In this document: one piece after another, positions 36,489-44,813 of the stretch
Layout: each line of letters opens with the position of its first letter
Position numbering within the stretch: the first letter of the stretch is position 1
Source: Candidatus Kapaibacterium sp.
GTDB lineage: Bacteria; Patescibacteriota; Patescibacteriia; UBA9934
NCBI GenBank assembly: GCA_044350705.1
Contig: JBILHA010000001.1
Location: 49,809 to 113,808, forward strand
Length of the DNA: 64,000 nucleotides
Reading direction: 5' to 3'
Notes under the pieces: generated by a model
The model's input: the letters and a program-made list of their open reading frames with translations, nothing else
Database searches by the model: none
Told to the model about the DNA's origin: nothing
Program-made: the position numbers and the translations under genes

Positions 36489-37004
36489 ATGGATGTTCAA
36501 GGAAGTTCGACTTTTGAACGATTGCAGAAGGGCGGCAGAAAAGTTGCTGAGATGTTTGTATTAATGACCGCTCTTGCTTCTGCAATGTCTTCTGAAGACG
36601 CGCATGCAAAGGGGGGAAGCGATCAGCGGGAACAGCAACATGAAAAGGCTCAAGATTCCAAGGAGTTTGTCATTAAAGATGGAAAAAATCAATTTACGAT
36701 AGAATTTTTAGGGGCAAATGTAGCAAAAGTATTAGCGGAACAACGCATAACCTTTAACGAAGTTGAGGGAACTTTCTTGCTTCATGCAGATAGTCCTGTC
36801 CCGGGGGAGGTTTTGAAACTGGAATTTCCGGAAGTCAATGGAGTTCGCACTCTTAAAGTTGAAGTTTCTGTGAATACGATTGCCTTGCCTAATCGTCCAG
36901 AGAGAACCACTGTCGTCATTACGGTTAACAATAGTGATGGTTCTATTGAGGAGGGAAGAATTGTCGGGGGTAAACTTGTTGAGATGGGTCCTAAAGCGAA
37001 ATAA
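36489..37004 (+). CDS. hypothetical secreted protein
   Basis: Shine-Dalgarno AAAGAGG. Signal-peptide-like FVLMTALASAMSS. No family recognised. Confidence 0.45.
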   Translation: MDVQGSSTFERLQKGGRKVAEMFVLMTALASAMSSEDAHAKGGSDQREQQHEKAQDSKEFVIKDGKNQFTIEFLGANVAKVLAEQRITFNEVEGTFLLHADSPVPGEVLKLEFPEVNGVRTLKVEVSVNTIALPNRPERTTVVITVNNSDGSIEEGRIVGGKLVEMGPKAK

Positions 37005-37025
37005 CTTAATAAGACGTATACCTCT

Positions 37026-37307
37026 ATGCCTATTGTTCAGTCATCTGCGAGTTCAAATTTAGAGAAAATTCTTGAGCTTTTAAAGACTTCCGATCTTTCC
37101 TTGGAAGATAGTGAAGACTTTTCGCATGCCCTCCGCTTTGCTGACGAAGCTCATCTTGAGCGCATGTTTCAATTGTTTTCAGAAGACGGTTCTTCGATTG
37201 AACGCGTATATAAAAATTATCAAACGAAACGCTCTCTTTTGGAGTCTGGAGATTCTGCTCAATTGGAAGCCCTTCTGCAGGAAGAGAATTCTCTATTGGA
37301 GGAATAA
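37026..37307 (+). CDS. hypothetical acidic protein
   Basis: 93 aa ORF followed by a strong terminator. Confidence 0.35.
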   Translation: MPIVQSSASSNLEKILELLKTSDLSLEDSEDFSHALRFADEAHLERMFQLFSEDGSSIERVYKNYQTKRSLLESGDSAQLEALLQEENSLLEE

Positions 37308-37324
37308 TTTCGCTTTCCAGCAAG

Positions 37325-37353
37325 GCCCGCCTGATGAAAAGGGCGGGTTTTTG
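37325..37353 (+). terminator. intrinsic terminator
   Basis: gcccgcc-tgatgaaaa-gggcggg followed by ttttt. Confidence 0.65.
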
Positions 37354-37385
37354 CTTTTTGTGTTACTCTTTTCTTCAGAAAGGGT

Positions 37386-38081
37386 ATGTCTTTTTCGGTT
37401 GAACAAGAATGTTATTCAGGACCGCTGGCGCTTCTTTTGGAGCTTATTGATGAGCGGAAGCTTGAAATTACGCAGGTAAGCTTGGCGCAAGTCGCCGATG
37501 CTTTTTTGGCGCGTATTAAAGAGGCTGAAGTTCCTGAAGAGGAAATGGCGGAATTTTTGGTAGTTGCCGCGCGCCTGATTTATTTGAAGAGTAAAGAGTT
37601 GTTGCCGTATTTGCAGTTTGCTGATGAAGAAGAGGCGGCTGATAGATTGGAGGATCGATTGCGTGCGTATCGGGAGTTTGTAGACGCCGCAAAGCGATTG
37701 CAGGAGCGATGGGGGAGGGGGGTGATGTTTCTCAGACCGTACGTTCGCGCAAAGCGGGAAGAAGGTTTTCGTCCATCGGGAAATGTTACGCCAGAGAAGT
37801 TACAGGAAGCATTTCAGATGATTGTGCGAAGACTCGCGCCGTTTTTTGCTTTGCGTGAGCAGAAGGTGACGCGTACCGTTTCGGTGGAGGAGCGTGTACG
37901 GGTGTTGCGTGAAGTGCTTCTTGCAAGAACGAAGCTCCAGTTTCATGAGTTGGTTGCAGGTGTTGAAGAACGAGCTGATGTTGTGGTGAATTTTTTGGCG
38001 CTGCTTGAAATGTTGCGAAGGCATGAGGTGAGTATTGTGCAGGAGGGGTCGTTTGGGAGTATTGTGATTGAGAAAAGATAA
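37386..38081 (+). CDS. scpA: segregation and condensation protein A
   Basis: ScpA N-terminus LLELIDERKLEITQVSLAQVADAFL. Confidence 0.85.
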   Translation: MSFSVEQECYSGPLALLLELIDERKLEITQVSLAQVADAFLARIKEAEVPEEEMAEFLVVAARLIYLKSKELLPYLQFADEEEAADRLEDRLRAYREFVDAAKRLQERWGRGVMFLRPYVRAKREEGFRPSGNVTPEKLQEAFQMIVRRLAPFFALREQKVTRTVSVEERVRVLREVLLARTKLQFHELVAGVEERADVVVNFLALLEMLRRHEVSIVQEGSFGSIVIEKR

Positions 38082-38089
38082 GACGGATT

Positions 38090-38656
38090 ATGACGGATAT
38101 GACGGATACTGGAAATTCCCTCTTTTGCCGCTTGCAGGCGCTTTTGTTTGCTTCACCGAAGCCGCTTTCGGTTCGGCAGATTGCGGGATATGTTGGTGGT
38201 TCTCCTGATGAAGTAGAGGGGATTTTGCAAGATCTTTCTCGACACATGAATACCGAGGCGTCGGGTATTCATGTGGTGCATGTGCCGGAGGGGTATCAGT
38301 TTGTGACGAATCCTTCGTGCGCACTTGTTGTTGCGCGACTTACGAAAGAAGAAGCGGGGGAGCTTTCTCGTCCTTCACTTGAGACGCTGACGGTGATTGC
38401 GTATCGCGGTCCGCTTACGCGACCGGAGATTGAGGCGATTCGTGGCGTCCAGTGTTCGCTTATTTTGCGTAATCTCCTCATTCGTGGTTTGATCGTGGAA
38501 CGGGAGGATGCGGCGCGTGGTGAGCCTGTGTATACTTTGTCCGGTGATACGTTGCGTTATCTTGGTATGCACTCTGAAAAAGAATTGCCGGACTATGAAA
38601 CTTTTCATCATGATACGCGTTTAACGAAACTTGTAGATGCCTTGGAGGGTCTATGA
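38090..38656 (+). CDS. scpB: segregation and condensation protein B
   Basis: Tandem winged-helix ... ETLTVIAYRGPLTRPEIEAIRG. Confidence 0.85.
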   Translation: MTDMTDTGNSLFCRLQALLFASPKPLSVRQIAGYVGGSPDEVEGILQDLSRHMNTEASGIHVVHVPEGYQFVTNPSCALVVARLTKEEAGELSRPSLETLTVIAYRGPLTRPEIEAIRGVQCSLILRNLLIRGLIVEREDAARGEPVYTLSGDTLRYLGMHSEKELPDYETFHHDTRLTKLVDALEGL

Positions 38657-39618
38657 TGCATAAAGTAGCGGGTGAGCTTGTGCTTGCACTTTTGCTCTTA
38701 CAGGTTACGAAAACTGATGCATCGGTATTTATGCCGACGTTTGCACGTGCCGCTATGCCGCATGTTGCAGGATTTTCCCTTTCCTTGGACATTCCCCGTC
38801 TTCCGGTCGCGGGAGAACGGAGTCTTGCGCCTCGAAAGACTGATTTAGCTGCGGTCAGCGTGGAGACGAGTGCCCAAAGCGTTGCGGTGTTTGATGCGGC
38901 CTCCGGAGCGCTTTTATATGCGGAAGAGCCAGATACGGTGCGGTCTATTGGGAGTATTTCTAAACTCATGACGGCGCTTGTTTTTCTTGATACCGCCCCT
39001 GATCTCTCCTCTTGGGTGACTGTTATTTCTGATGACTACGCAGGAGGAGGGAGGGCGTATTTGGCGTATCACGATCCGGTGCGCTTAGGGGATGTACTTA
39101 CCGCGAGTCTTGTAGGATCGGATAATACGGCCACTGAAGCGCTTGCGCGTCTTTCCGGTCTTTCTCGAGAGGAATTTATTACGCGTATGAATCTGAAGGC
39201 GCAAGACCTCGGTTTGCGCTCTACTTCTTTTGTGGATCCGAGCGGCCTTTCGGCTGCGAATCAGTCAACTGCTCGTGAAGTGTCTTCGATTCTTGCAGAA
39301 GCAGTAAAACGTGAAGCTATTACGAGTCGTACCCAGCTTGCGGCAGCATCGGTCGTGCAGTCTTCAGGGTATAGCGTTTCGATTCCTTCTACGAACGAGC
39401 TTCTCGGCTCCTCTTTTACCGAGGCCGGATTCTCTCTTTTGGGTGGAAAGACCGGCTTTATTCCTCAGGCCGGTTACTGTTTTACGGGCGCTTTTGTCTA
39501 TCGCGGGCACCCTATTTTTACAACGGTTTTAGGAGCTGATGCTAAAGACAGTAGGTTTACGGATGCTGCGAATGTCACCGATTGGGTAACAAAAGTTTAT
39601 ACGTGGCCAGTCTTTTAA
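38653..39618 (+). CDS. D-alanyl-D-alanine carboxypeptidase (peptidase S11, PBP5/6-like)
   Basis: SxxK (SISK), SDN (GSDN), KTG (GGKTGF) motifs. N-terminal signal/TM. Confidence 0.8.
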   Translation: MMHKVAGELVLALLLLQVTKTDASVFMPTFARAAMPHVAGFSLSLDIPRLPVAGERSLAPRKTDLAAVSVETSAQSVAVFDAASGALLYAEEPDTVRSIGSISKLMTALVFLDTAPDLSSWVTVISDDYAGGGRAYLAYHDPVRLGDVLTASLVGSDNTATEALARLSGLSREEFITRMNLKAQDLGLRSTSFVDPSGLSAANQSTAREVSSILAEAVKREAITSRTQLAAASVVQSSGYSVSIPSTNELLGSSFTEAGFSLLGGKTGFIPQAGYCFTGAFVYRGHPIFTTVLGADAKDSRFTDAANVTDWVTKVYTWPVF

Positions 39619-39619
39619 T

Positions 39620-40093
39620 ATGCTTCCTTCTTGGCTTGAAGTGGTGTTATTGGGTATTGCTCCTATTACTGAGTATCAGCTTGCTATTCCTGTTGCCCTC
39701 ACGAAATATGAGTATCCTTGGTATATTGCTTATTCTTTAGGAGTGATAGGCTCTTTTTTGCCTTTTTTTCCTCTCTATTTTGGATTTGAATTTGTTCGTA
39801 ATCATGTAGCTCGTTTATTCCCTCGTCTTGTAAAGCCATTTGATTTAGCGATTGAGCGAGCTGAGCGTAAGCTGCGTGGGGATTATGAAAAATATGGCGC
39901 GATGGCACTTTTTCTCGCTTTGGTTGTTCCTTTTCCCCTTACGGGTGTTTGGACCACTACGCTTGCGGCGGTTGCATTAAAAATACCGATTCGCAGTGCT
40001 GCGCTCGGTATCTTTTTGGGACTTTTAAGTGGGGCGGCTCTCGTTACTCTTGCATCGCTCGGAGTCATTCATTCTCCTTTGTTTACGGAATGA
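39620..40093 (+). CDS. hypothetical polytopic membrane protein
   Basis: 157 aa with 4 hydrophobic segments. Family uncertain. Confidence 0.45.
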   Translation: MLPSWLEVVLLGIAPITEYQLAIPVALTKYEYPWYIAYSLGVIGSFLPFFPLYFGFEFVRNHVARLFPRLVKPFDLAIERAERKLRGDYEKYGAMALFLALVVPFPLTGVWTTTLAAVALKIPIRSAALGIFLGLLSGAALVTLASLGVIHSPLFTE

Positions 40094-40559
40094 TGTAGTA
40101 CATCAGCGCCAGAACGAAGGCGGTTTGTCCAGCGATTGCGTAAGATAATTTCGTGTCTCCATATCTTCGGGAGATGCAATCATGGAAGAAGAAATGGATT
40201 TTAAAGATTGTTCTGAGTGGCTTATTTTTCGGGAAGATCTCTTTGAGTCCAACGAGGAGATCGGGAAGAATGCTCCCCATTACCGCTGCTGAAAATGCTA
40301 TGTTTGTTGTGGTATCCGTTGGACGTCCGGAGACCACGCTCATCAAGAGGATGATTGCAATGACCGCATCAACGGTAACGTAGGCAATCCCGAGACGGGC
40401 TTTTTTTTCTTTTCGATACTTATCTGCGAGGTTGTTGTCCCCATGGGGAATCATATCAACCAAGAGGTGGGAAACGAGGCCAATGCTGAATCCAATGGCG
40501 GGATTTCCTACAAGAGATCCAATGGCGGCACCGATTGCAGCATGAGTGGTCAGTGTCAT
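40083..40559 (-). CDS. membrane-bound metal-dependent hydrolase-like protein (YdjM/DUF457-like)
   Basis: HAAIGAAIG ... HLLVDMIPHGD histidine-rich TM pattern. Start at internal Met so it does not overlap the tRNA promoter. Confidence 0.45.
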   Translation of the reverse strand: MTLTTHAAIGAAIGSLVGNPAIGFSIGLVSHLLVDMIPHGDNNLADKYRKEKKARLGIAYVTVDAVIAIILLMSVVSGRPTDTTTNIAFSAAVMGSILPDLLVGLKEIFPKNKPLRTIFKIHFFFHDCISRRYGDTKLSYAIAGQTAFVLALMYYIIP

Positions 40560-40585
40560 AGAGACTGGGGAGAGTATAACACGAT

Positions 40586-40614
40586 TTGGCAAAAAAGGGG
40601 AGGGGTGATATAGT
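40586..40614 (+). promoter_or_regulatory. sigma70-like promoter for the initiator tRNA (TTGGCA-N17-TATAGT)
   Basis: Hexamers 15 nt upstream of the tRNA 5' end. Confidence 0.5.
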
Positions 40615-40629
40615 ATGGGCACCTTCCAA

Positions 40630-40706
40630 CGCAGGGTGGAGCAACCAGGCAGCTCGCCGGGCTCATAACCCGGAGGTTACAGGTTCAAATCCTGTCCCTG
40701 CAACCA
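40630..40706 (+). tRNA. tRNA-fMet (initiator, anticodon CAU)
   Basis: C1xA72 mismatch. Three consecutive G-C pairs closing the anticodon stem (GGG/CCC). T-loop GGTTCAAATCC. CCA encoded. Confidence 0.9.
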
Positions 40707-40740
40707 CAAAAACCTCTCATTTGTTGAGAGGTTTTTGTTA
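40707..40740 (+). terminator. intrinsic terminator after tRNA-fMet
   Basis: aacctctca-tttgt-tgagaggtt followed by tttt. Confidence 0.65.
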
Positions 40741-40762
40741 TGCATGACGTATTTCGTCTATT

Positions 40763-40791
40763 AAAAAAATCCGAATTTCTTCGGATTTTTT
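40763..40791 (-). terminator. intrinsic terminator after the minus-strand tRNA pair (bidirectional hairpin)
   Basis: A-run, atccgaa-tttct-tcggat, T-run; abuts the tRNA-Met 3' end. Confidence 0.6.
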
Positions 40792-40868
40792 TGGTGGCTG
40801 GGGCCGGGATCGAACCGGCGACCTAAGGCTTATGAGTCCTTCGCTCTAACCAACTGAGCTACCCAGCC
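40792..40868 (-). tRNA. tRNA-Met (anticodon CAU; elongator, or Ile2 if lysidinylated)
   Basis: Cloverleaf GGCTGGG ... CTCATAA ... GGTTCGATCC ... CCCAGCCACCA. Confidence 0.85.
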
Positions 40869-40872
40869 AAAG

Positions 40873-40959
40873 TGGTGCCTTGGGAGGGACTCGAACCCTC
40901 AATCCATTGCTGGAAACGGATTTTGAGTCCGTCGCGTATACCAATTCCGCCACCAAGGC
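40873..40959 (-). tRNA. tRNA-Leu (anticodon CAA)
   Basis: 87 nt with long variable arm. Anticodon loop CTCAAAA. T-loop GGTTCGAGTCC. CCA encoded. Confidence 0.88.
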
Positions 40960-41069
40960 TCATCTCTCTCTTTTTCAAGAACAGGCAGAATATTAGCATT
41001 CTTTTTTTCTTCTCGCAAGGGAGGAATTGTGTGGACGGCGACCTGTTTTTTGATAGAGCCCATGGTACC

Positions 41070-41858
41070 ATGTCGAGGTCTATGGCGCAGGTAGTCTCGG
41101 TGGTCAACCAAAAAGGAGGGGTGGGAAAGACCACTACTTCCATGAATTTAGCTGCCTTTCTCTCGCATTTTGGTAAGCGTGTTTTGCTTGTTGATTTAGA
41201 TCCGCAGGGAAATGCAACGAGTGGATTTGGACATAGTCCTGCGGAAGTGGAGGGTACGTATGAATTGCTCGCAGGTCTCAAGAAGGCTGAGGAGGTTATT
41301 TTGACTACGCCCCATGAAGGACTTCATCTTATTGCTGCAAATCCTAACCTTGCCGGTTCACAAGTGGAATTAGTTAATGAATTTAATCGTGAGAGAAAAT
41401 TGAAGCAAGCTTTGGAGAGCATTGTAGATCGGTTTGATTATGTGATTATCGATAATCCTCCTTCCCTTGGTCTTCTTACGATCAATGGTTTAGTTGCGAG
41501 TGATAGTGTTCTTGTGCCGGTGCAGGCAGAGTATTACGCTCTCGAAGGCTTGGGGCAGCTTTTGCAAACCGTTCAACTCGTGCGTCAGCACCTTAATGAA
41601 AATCTTGATATTCGTGGCGCGGTTATTACCATGTTCAATCCTGTTGCGACGCTTTCTCGTCAGGTGCTTGAAGAGATGTATCGTCATTTTCCAGGAAAGA
41701 TTTATCGGTCAGTCATTCCCCGTAGCGTTCGTCTTGCTGAGGCCCCGAGTTTTGGGAAGACTATTTTGCACTATGATCCTTATTCAAAAGCTGCAAAGGC
41801 CTACGAGCGCTTGGCGCGAGAGTTTTTAGAAAAAGAGGGCGAAGGGGTTGTGGCATAA
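41070..41858 (+). CDS. parA: chromosome partitioning ATPase ParA/Soj
   Basis: Deviant Walker A NQKGGVGKTT. 263 aa. Confidence 0.9.
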   Translation: MSRSMAQVVSVVNQKGGVGKTTTSMNLAAFLSHFGKRVLLVDLDPQGNATSGFGHSPAEVEGTYELLAGLKKAEEVILTTPHEGLHLIAANPNLAGSQVELVNEFNRERKLKQALESIVDRFDYVIIDNPPSLGLLTINGLVASDSVLVPVQAEYYALEGLGQLLQTVQLVRQHLNENLDIRGAVITMFNPVATLSRQVLEEMYRHFPGKIYRSVIPRSVRLAEAPSFGKTILHYDPYSKAAKAYERLAREFLEKEGEGVVA

Positions 41859-41870
41859 TGGGCACCATCT

Positions 41871-42848
41871 ATGCAAAGCGACAAACCTAAAATTGGTCTG
41901 GGCCGTGGTCTTGGAGCACTTATCGGTCCTGCAGCGGGAACGCCGATGACTTTTCATGCTCCTTCTCCTGCTTCATCTGAAGAAGCTCCTCAGTTATCTC
42001 CTGTGGATGTAGCCTCTTTGGCTTCTGCTTCTTCTGGGCCTGTAGAGACTCTTCCTTCTGGGCAGATTCACACTCTTGATCCAGAAAAGATTCGCGTGAA
42101 TGCTGAGCAACCTCGTACGATTTTTGCAGATGATGCTCTCGATGAACTTGCCGAGAGCATTCGCGAGCATGGTATTTTGCAGCCTTTGGTTGTTACCGAA
42201 ACAGGACCGGGAGAATTCGAGCTTATTGCTGGTGAACGCCGTTTACGTGCTGCAAAGCGCCTGGGACTTTCCCAAGTGCCTGTTGTTGTACGTCCCTACG
42301 CCGCTCTCAAAGATAAGCTTGTTTTGGCGCTCATTGAAAATATTCAGCGTCAGGATCTTAATGCGGTGGAAGAGGGGCGAGCATATCGACGCCTTTCAGA
42401 AGAATATGGTCTCTCCCACGAAGAGATTGCGCAGAGGGTGGGGAAGAGTCGTTCTGCAGTTACGAATGCGATGCGCCTTTTGGATCTTGAAGGTGATATG
42501 CTCTCTGCCCTTGAAGAGGGAAGGATTACGAAGAGCCATGCGCGCACTCTCCTTGCAGAGCCTGTCCCTACGCTTCGCCGCACGCTTTTTTCCAAGATGC
42601 TGGGGGGAGGGGTGACGGTGAGAGAGGCTGAGGCAAGGGCTGGTACTCGAGGACGGTCCGGTTCCTTGCAGGGGATGAAAGATGCGAATGTTGTTGCGCT
42701 TGAATCAGCGCTGCGTGAAAAATTGGGAACAAAAGTTACCCTTGAACATCGCGGGGGCCCAGGAAAGATCGCCATTAATTACTATTCTAAAGAAGATTTG
42801 CGTCGTATTGTCGAGATTATTTCTGGAAAGATTGAAGAGGAGGCGTAA
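41871..42848 (+). CDS. parB: chromosome partitioning protein ParB/Spo0J
   Basis: ParB box GERRLRAAK; HTH LIENIQRQDLNAVEEGRAYRRL. Confidence 0.9.
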   Translation: MQSDKPKIGLGRGLGALIGPAAGTPMTFHAPSPASSEEAPQLSPVDVASLASASSGPVETLPSGQIHTLDPEKIRVNAEQPRTIFADDALDELAESIREHGILQPLVVTETGPGEFELIAGERRLRAAKRLGLSQVPVVVRPYAALKDKLVLALIENIQRQDLNAVEEGRAYRRLSEEYGLSHEEIAQRVGKSRSAVTNAMRLLDLEGDMLSALEEGRITKSHARTLLAEPVPTLRRTLFSKMLGGGVTVREAEARAGTRGRSGSLQGMKDANVVALESALREKLGTKVTLEHRGGPGKIAINYYSKEDLRRIVEIISGKIEEEA

Positions 42849-42863
42849 GGGAAGATAGTCCAT

Positions 42864-42889
42864 AAAACCGAGCATGTGTGCTCGGTTTT
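42864..42889. terminator. bidirectional terminator between parB and rel
   Basis: aaaaccgagca-tgtg-tgctcggtttt. Confidence 0.6.
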
Positions 42890-42892
42890 ATG

Positions 42893-44428
42893 TTATGACT
42901 GTTTTCGAACGGTTCGTTGCATAAAAGATGACCAAAGGCTTTGTCGGGTTCCTTTTAGCGCATCTTTAATTTTCTGTTTTGCATGGCGTGTTTTTACAAA
43001 CTGTAGCCACTGTTCATTGGGATATTTTCTGTTTTTATCGATGATGATTTCGCAGAGATCTCCTGAGCGAAGTGCCGTGCTCAGTGGCTTCATTTCATTA
43101 TTTACTTTTGCCTGTGCTGCCTTATTTCCGATCTCGGTGTGAATGGCATAGGCAAGATCGATCGGCGTTGAATCTTCTGGAAGGTCAATAACGTCTCCTC
43201 GAGGCGTGAAGACGAAGATGCGATCTCGGAACATGTCGAGCTTGAAGTCATTGAGCTCACGCATGAAGTCCGCAGTAGAAAGTTCCTTTTGGATAGCAGC
43301 GAGCTCCTCCATCCAGTGTACTTGACGATCGGCCGCTGTTTTTCCTTCCTTGTATTTCCAGTGTGCTGCAATACCGTATTCATTCTCTTCGTGCATTTGT
43401 AGCGTGCGAATTTGAAATTCGAGAATAGACCCGGATTCATCGAACACGGTGGTGTGGAGTGATTGATATCCGTTCGGTTTTGGTTGGGCGATATAGTCTT
43501 TGATTCTTCCCGGAAGCGGAGTGAATAGCCCGTGTAACACTCCCAGGGCTGCATAGCAGGAAGGAATGTCAGGAACGATGATGCGCAAAGCTACGATATC
43601 GTAGACTTTGCTCATATCTCCCTTATATCGATCCAGTTTCTTTTTGAGGCTGTAGCAATGTTTCACTCGTCCGTGGACTTCAATTGTGGGTACGGCATGC
43701 TTTTTTAACTCGCCTTCTACTTCCTTTAATGCTTTATCCATGGAAGGGCCGAATTTTTTTACTCGTTCTTCAAGGAGGTGTTGCGTCCAGCTATAACTTT
43801 TCGGATCGAGATATTTGAACGCGTAGTCCTCGAATTGTCCGCGGTACTCTCCCATACCCAATCGGTTGGCGATAGGGGCGTAAATTTCGAGTACCTCTTG
43901 TGCAATACGTTTACGTTTTTGTTCAGGAAGTGCGTAGAGGGTTTCAAGATTGTGTAAACGATCAGCAAATTTGATAAAAATCACTCGAACGTCTTCGGCC
44001 ATTGCCACGAACATTTTTCTTAAGTTTTCCGCATAACGCTCTTCGCCGCGATATTTTACTTTTCCTAACTTGGTTATGCCGGCCACCATGTGATGCATGT
44101 CATCTCCAAATTCGTTTTTTATATCTTCGAGGGTACGCTCGGTATCTTCGGGAACATCGTGGAGCAGACCAGCGGCGATAACATTGCTGGGGAGTTTTAG
44201 CTCGATTAACTTTTTTGCTACTTGCGTACAGTGAGAAAAATAGGGCTCCCCTGTATGCCGCGTTTGTCCTTTATGTGCCTCATCGGCGTAGGTATATGCC
44301 TTTTTGATAAGCTCAATATCGGCCGGTGTATACCGGCTATCAAGAAGGTTTATGAGTTCTTCTACGGGGATGGGCATGTGGTTTTTAACATACTCTTCCC
44401 AAAGCTGATCGTAAAGAGGTCTGTGCAT
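42893..44428 (-). CDS. rel: (p)ppGpp synthetase/hydrolase Rel, short form (HD + synthetase + TGS, no ACT domain)
   Basis: HD motif LLHDVPED. Synthetase motifs RIKD ... GYQSLHT. TGS domain IFVFTPRGDVIDLPEDSTPIDLAYAIHTEIG. Ends about 200 aa short of long Rel. Alternative start at 44377. Confidence 0.88.
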   Translation of the reverse strand: MHRPLYDQLWEEYVKNHMPIPVEELINLLDSRYTPADIELIKKAYTYADEAHKGQTRHTGEPYFSHCTQVAKKLIELKLPSNVIAAGLLHDVPEDTERTLEDIKNEFGDDMHHMVAGITKLGKVKYRGEERYAENLRKMFVAMAEDVRVIFIKFADRLHNLETLYALPEQKRKRIAQEVLEIYAPIANRLGMGEYRGQFEDYAFKYLDPKSYSWTQHLLEERVKKFGPSMDKALKEVEGELKKHAVPTIEVHGRVKHCYSLKKKLDRYKGDMSKVYDIVALRIIVPDIPSCYAALGVLHGLFTPLPGRIKDYIAQPKPNGYQSLHTTVFDESGSILEFQIRTLQMHEENEYGIAAHWKYKEGKTAADRQVHWMEELAAIQKELSTADFMRELNDFKLDMFRDRIFVFTPRGDVIDLPEDSTPIDLAYAIHTEIGNKAAQAKVNNEMKPLSTALRSGDLCEIIIDKNRKYPNEQWLQFVKTRHAKQKIKDALKGTRQSLWSSFMQRTVRKQS

Positions 44429-44431
44429 GAT

Positions 44432-44806
44432 ATGATTTCCCTATCTATGACTGTGAATGGGATGGCTCAAATTCAAGAGGTTTTTTCTGATGCGAAGGCA
44501 TACGGAGCGCGGTTGGCCCAGATGCTTGCTGCTTCTGCGCTTCCTCGGGAGGCGCAGGATGCTTGGGCGGCTCTCGTGCCTTCCATGACCTTTTCGCAAT
44601 TGCAGCATTTTGAAGTGCTTTTACGGGCTCATATGGAAGGGGAGATTCATCATGCGCTTGAGGATGCTTTTTTAGAAATTCGCGCCGAGATCACGAAGCA
44701 TGATTTAGCGATTGCGGGTGCTACGCATCAGGCTCATGTGTCGCTTGATGCGCTCGAGCATCAACTCGATGCTTTAGAACGCGCAGGAGGTAAGCGAAGC
44801 GTATAG
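44432..44806 (+). CDS. hypothetical helical protein
   Basis: 125 aa ORF with AAGAGG Shine-Dalgarno. Immediately upstream of the giant ORF on the same strand. Confidence 0.35.
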   Translation: MISLSMTVNGMAQIQEVFSDAKAYGARLAQMLAASALPREAQDAWAALVPSMTFSQLQHFEVLLRAHMEGEIHHALEDAFLEIRAEITKHDLAIAGATHQAHVSLDALEHQLDALERAGGKRSV

Positions 44807-44813
44807 CGCATGT

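Noticed and set aside
40872-41069. ORF-track start of the parA frame inside tRNA-Leu
   Set aside because: Overlaps a clear tRNA. The deviant Walker A begins right after the Met at 41070.
41859-42892. Looked for parS (TGTTNCACGTGAAACA) near parAB
   Set aside because: No match found by eye in the parAB flanks. Not excluded elsewhere in the window.
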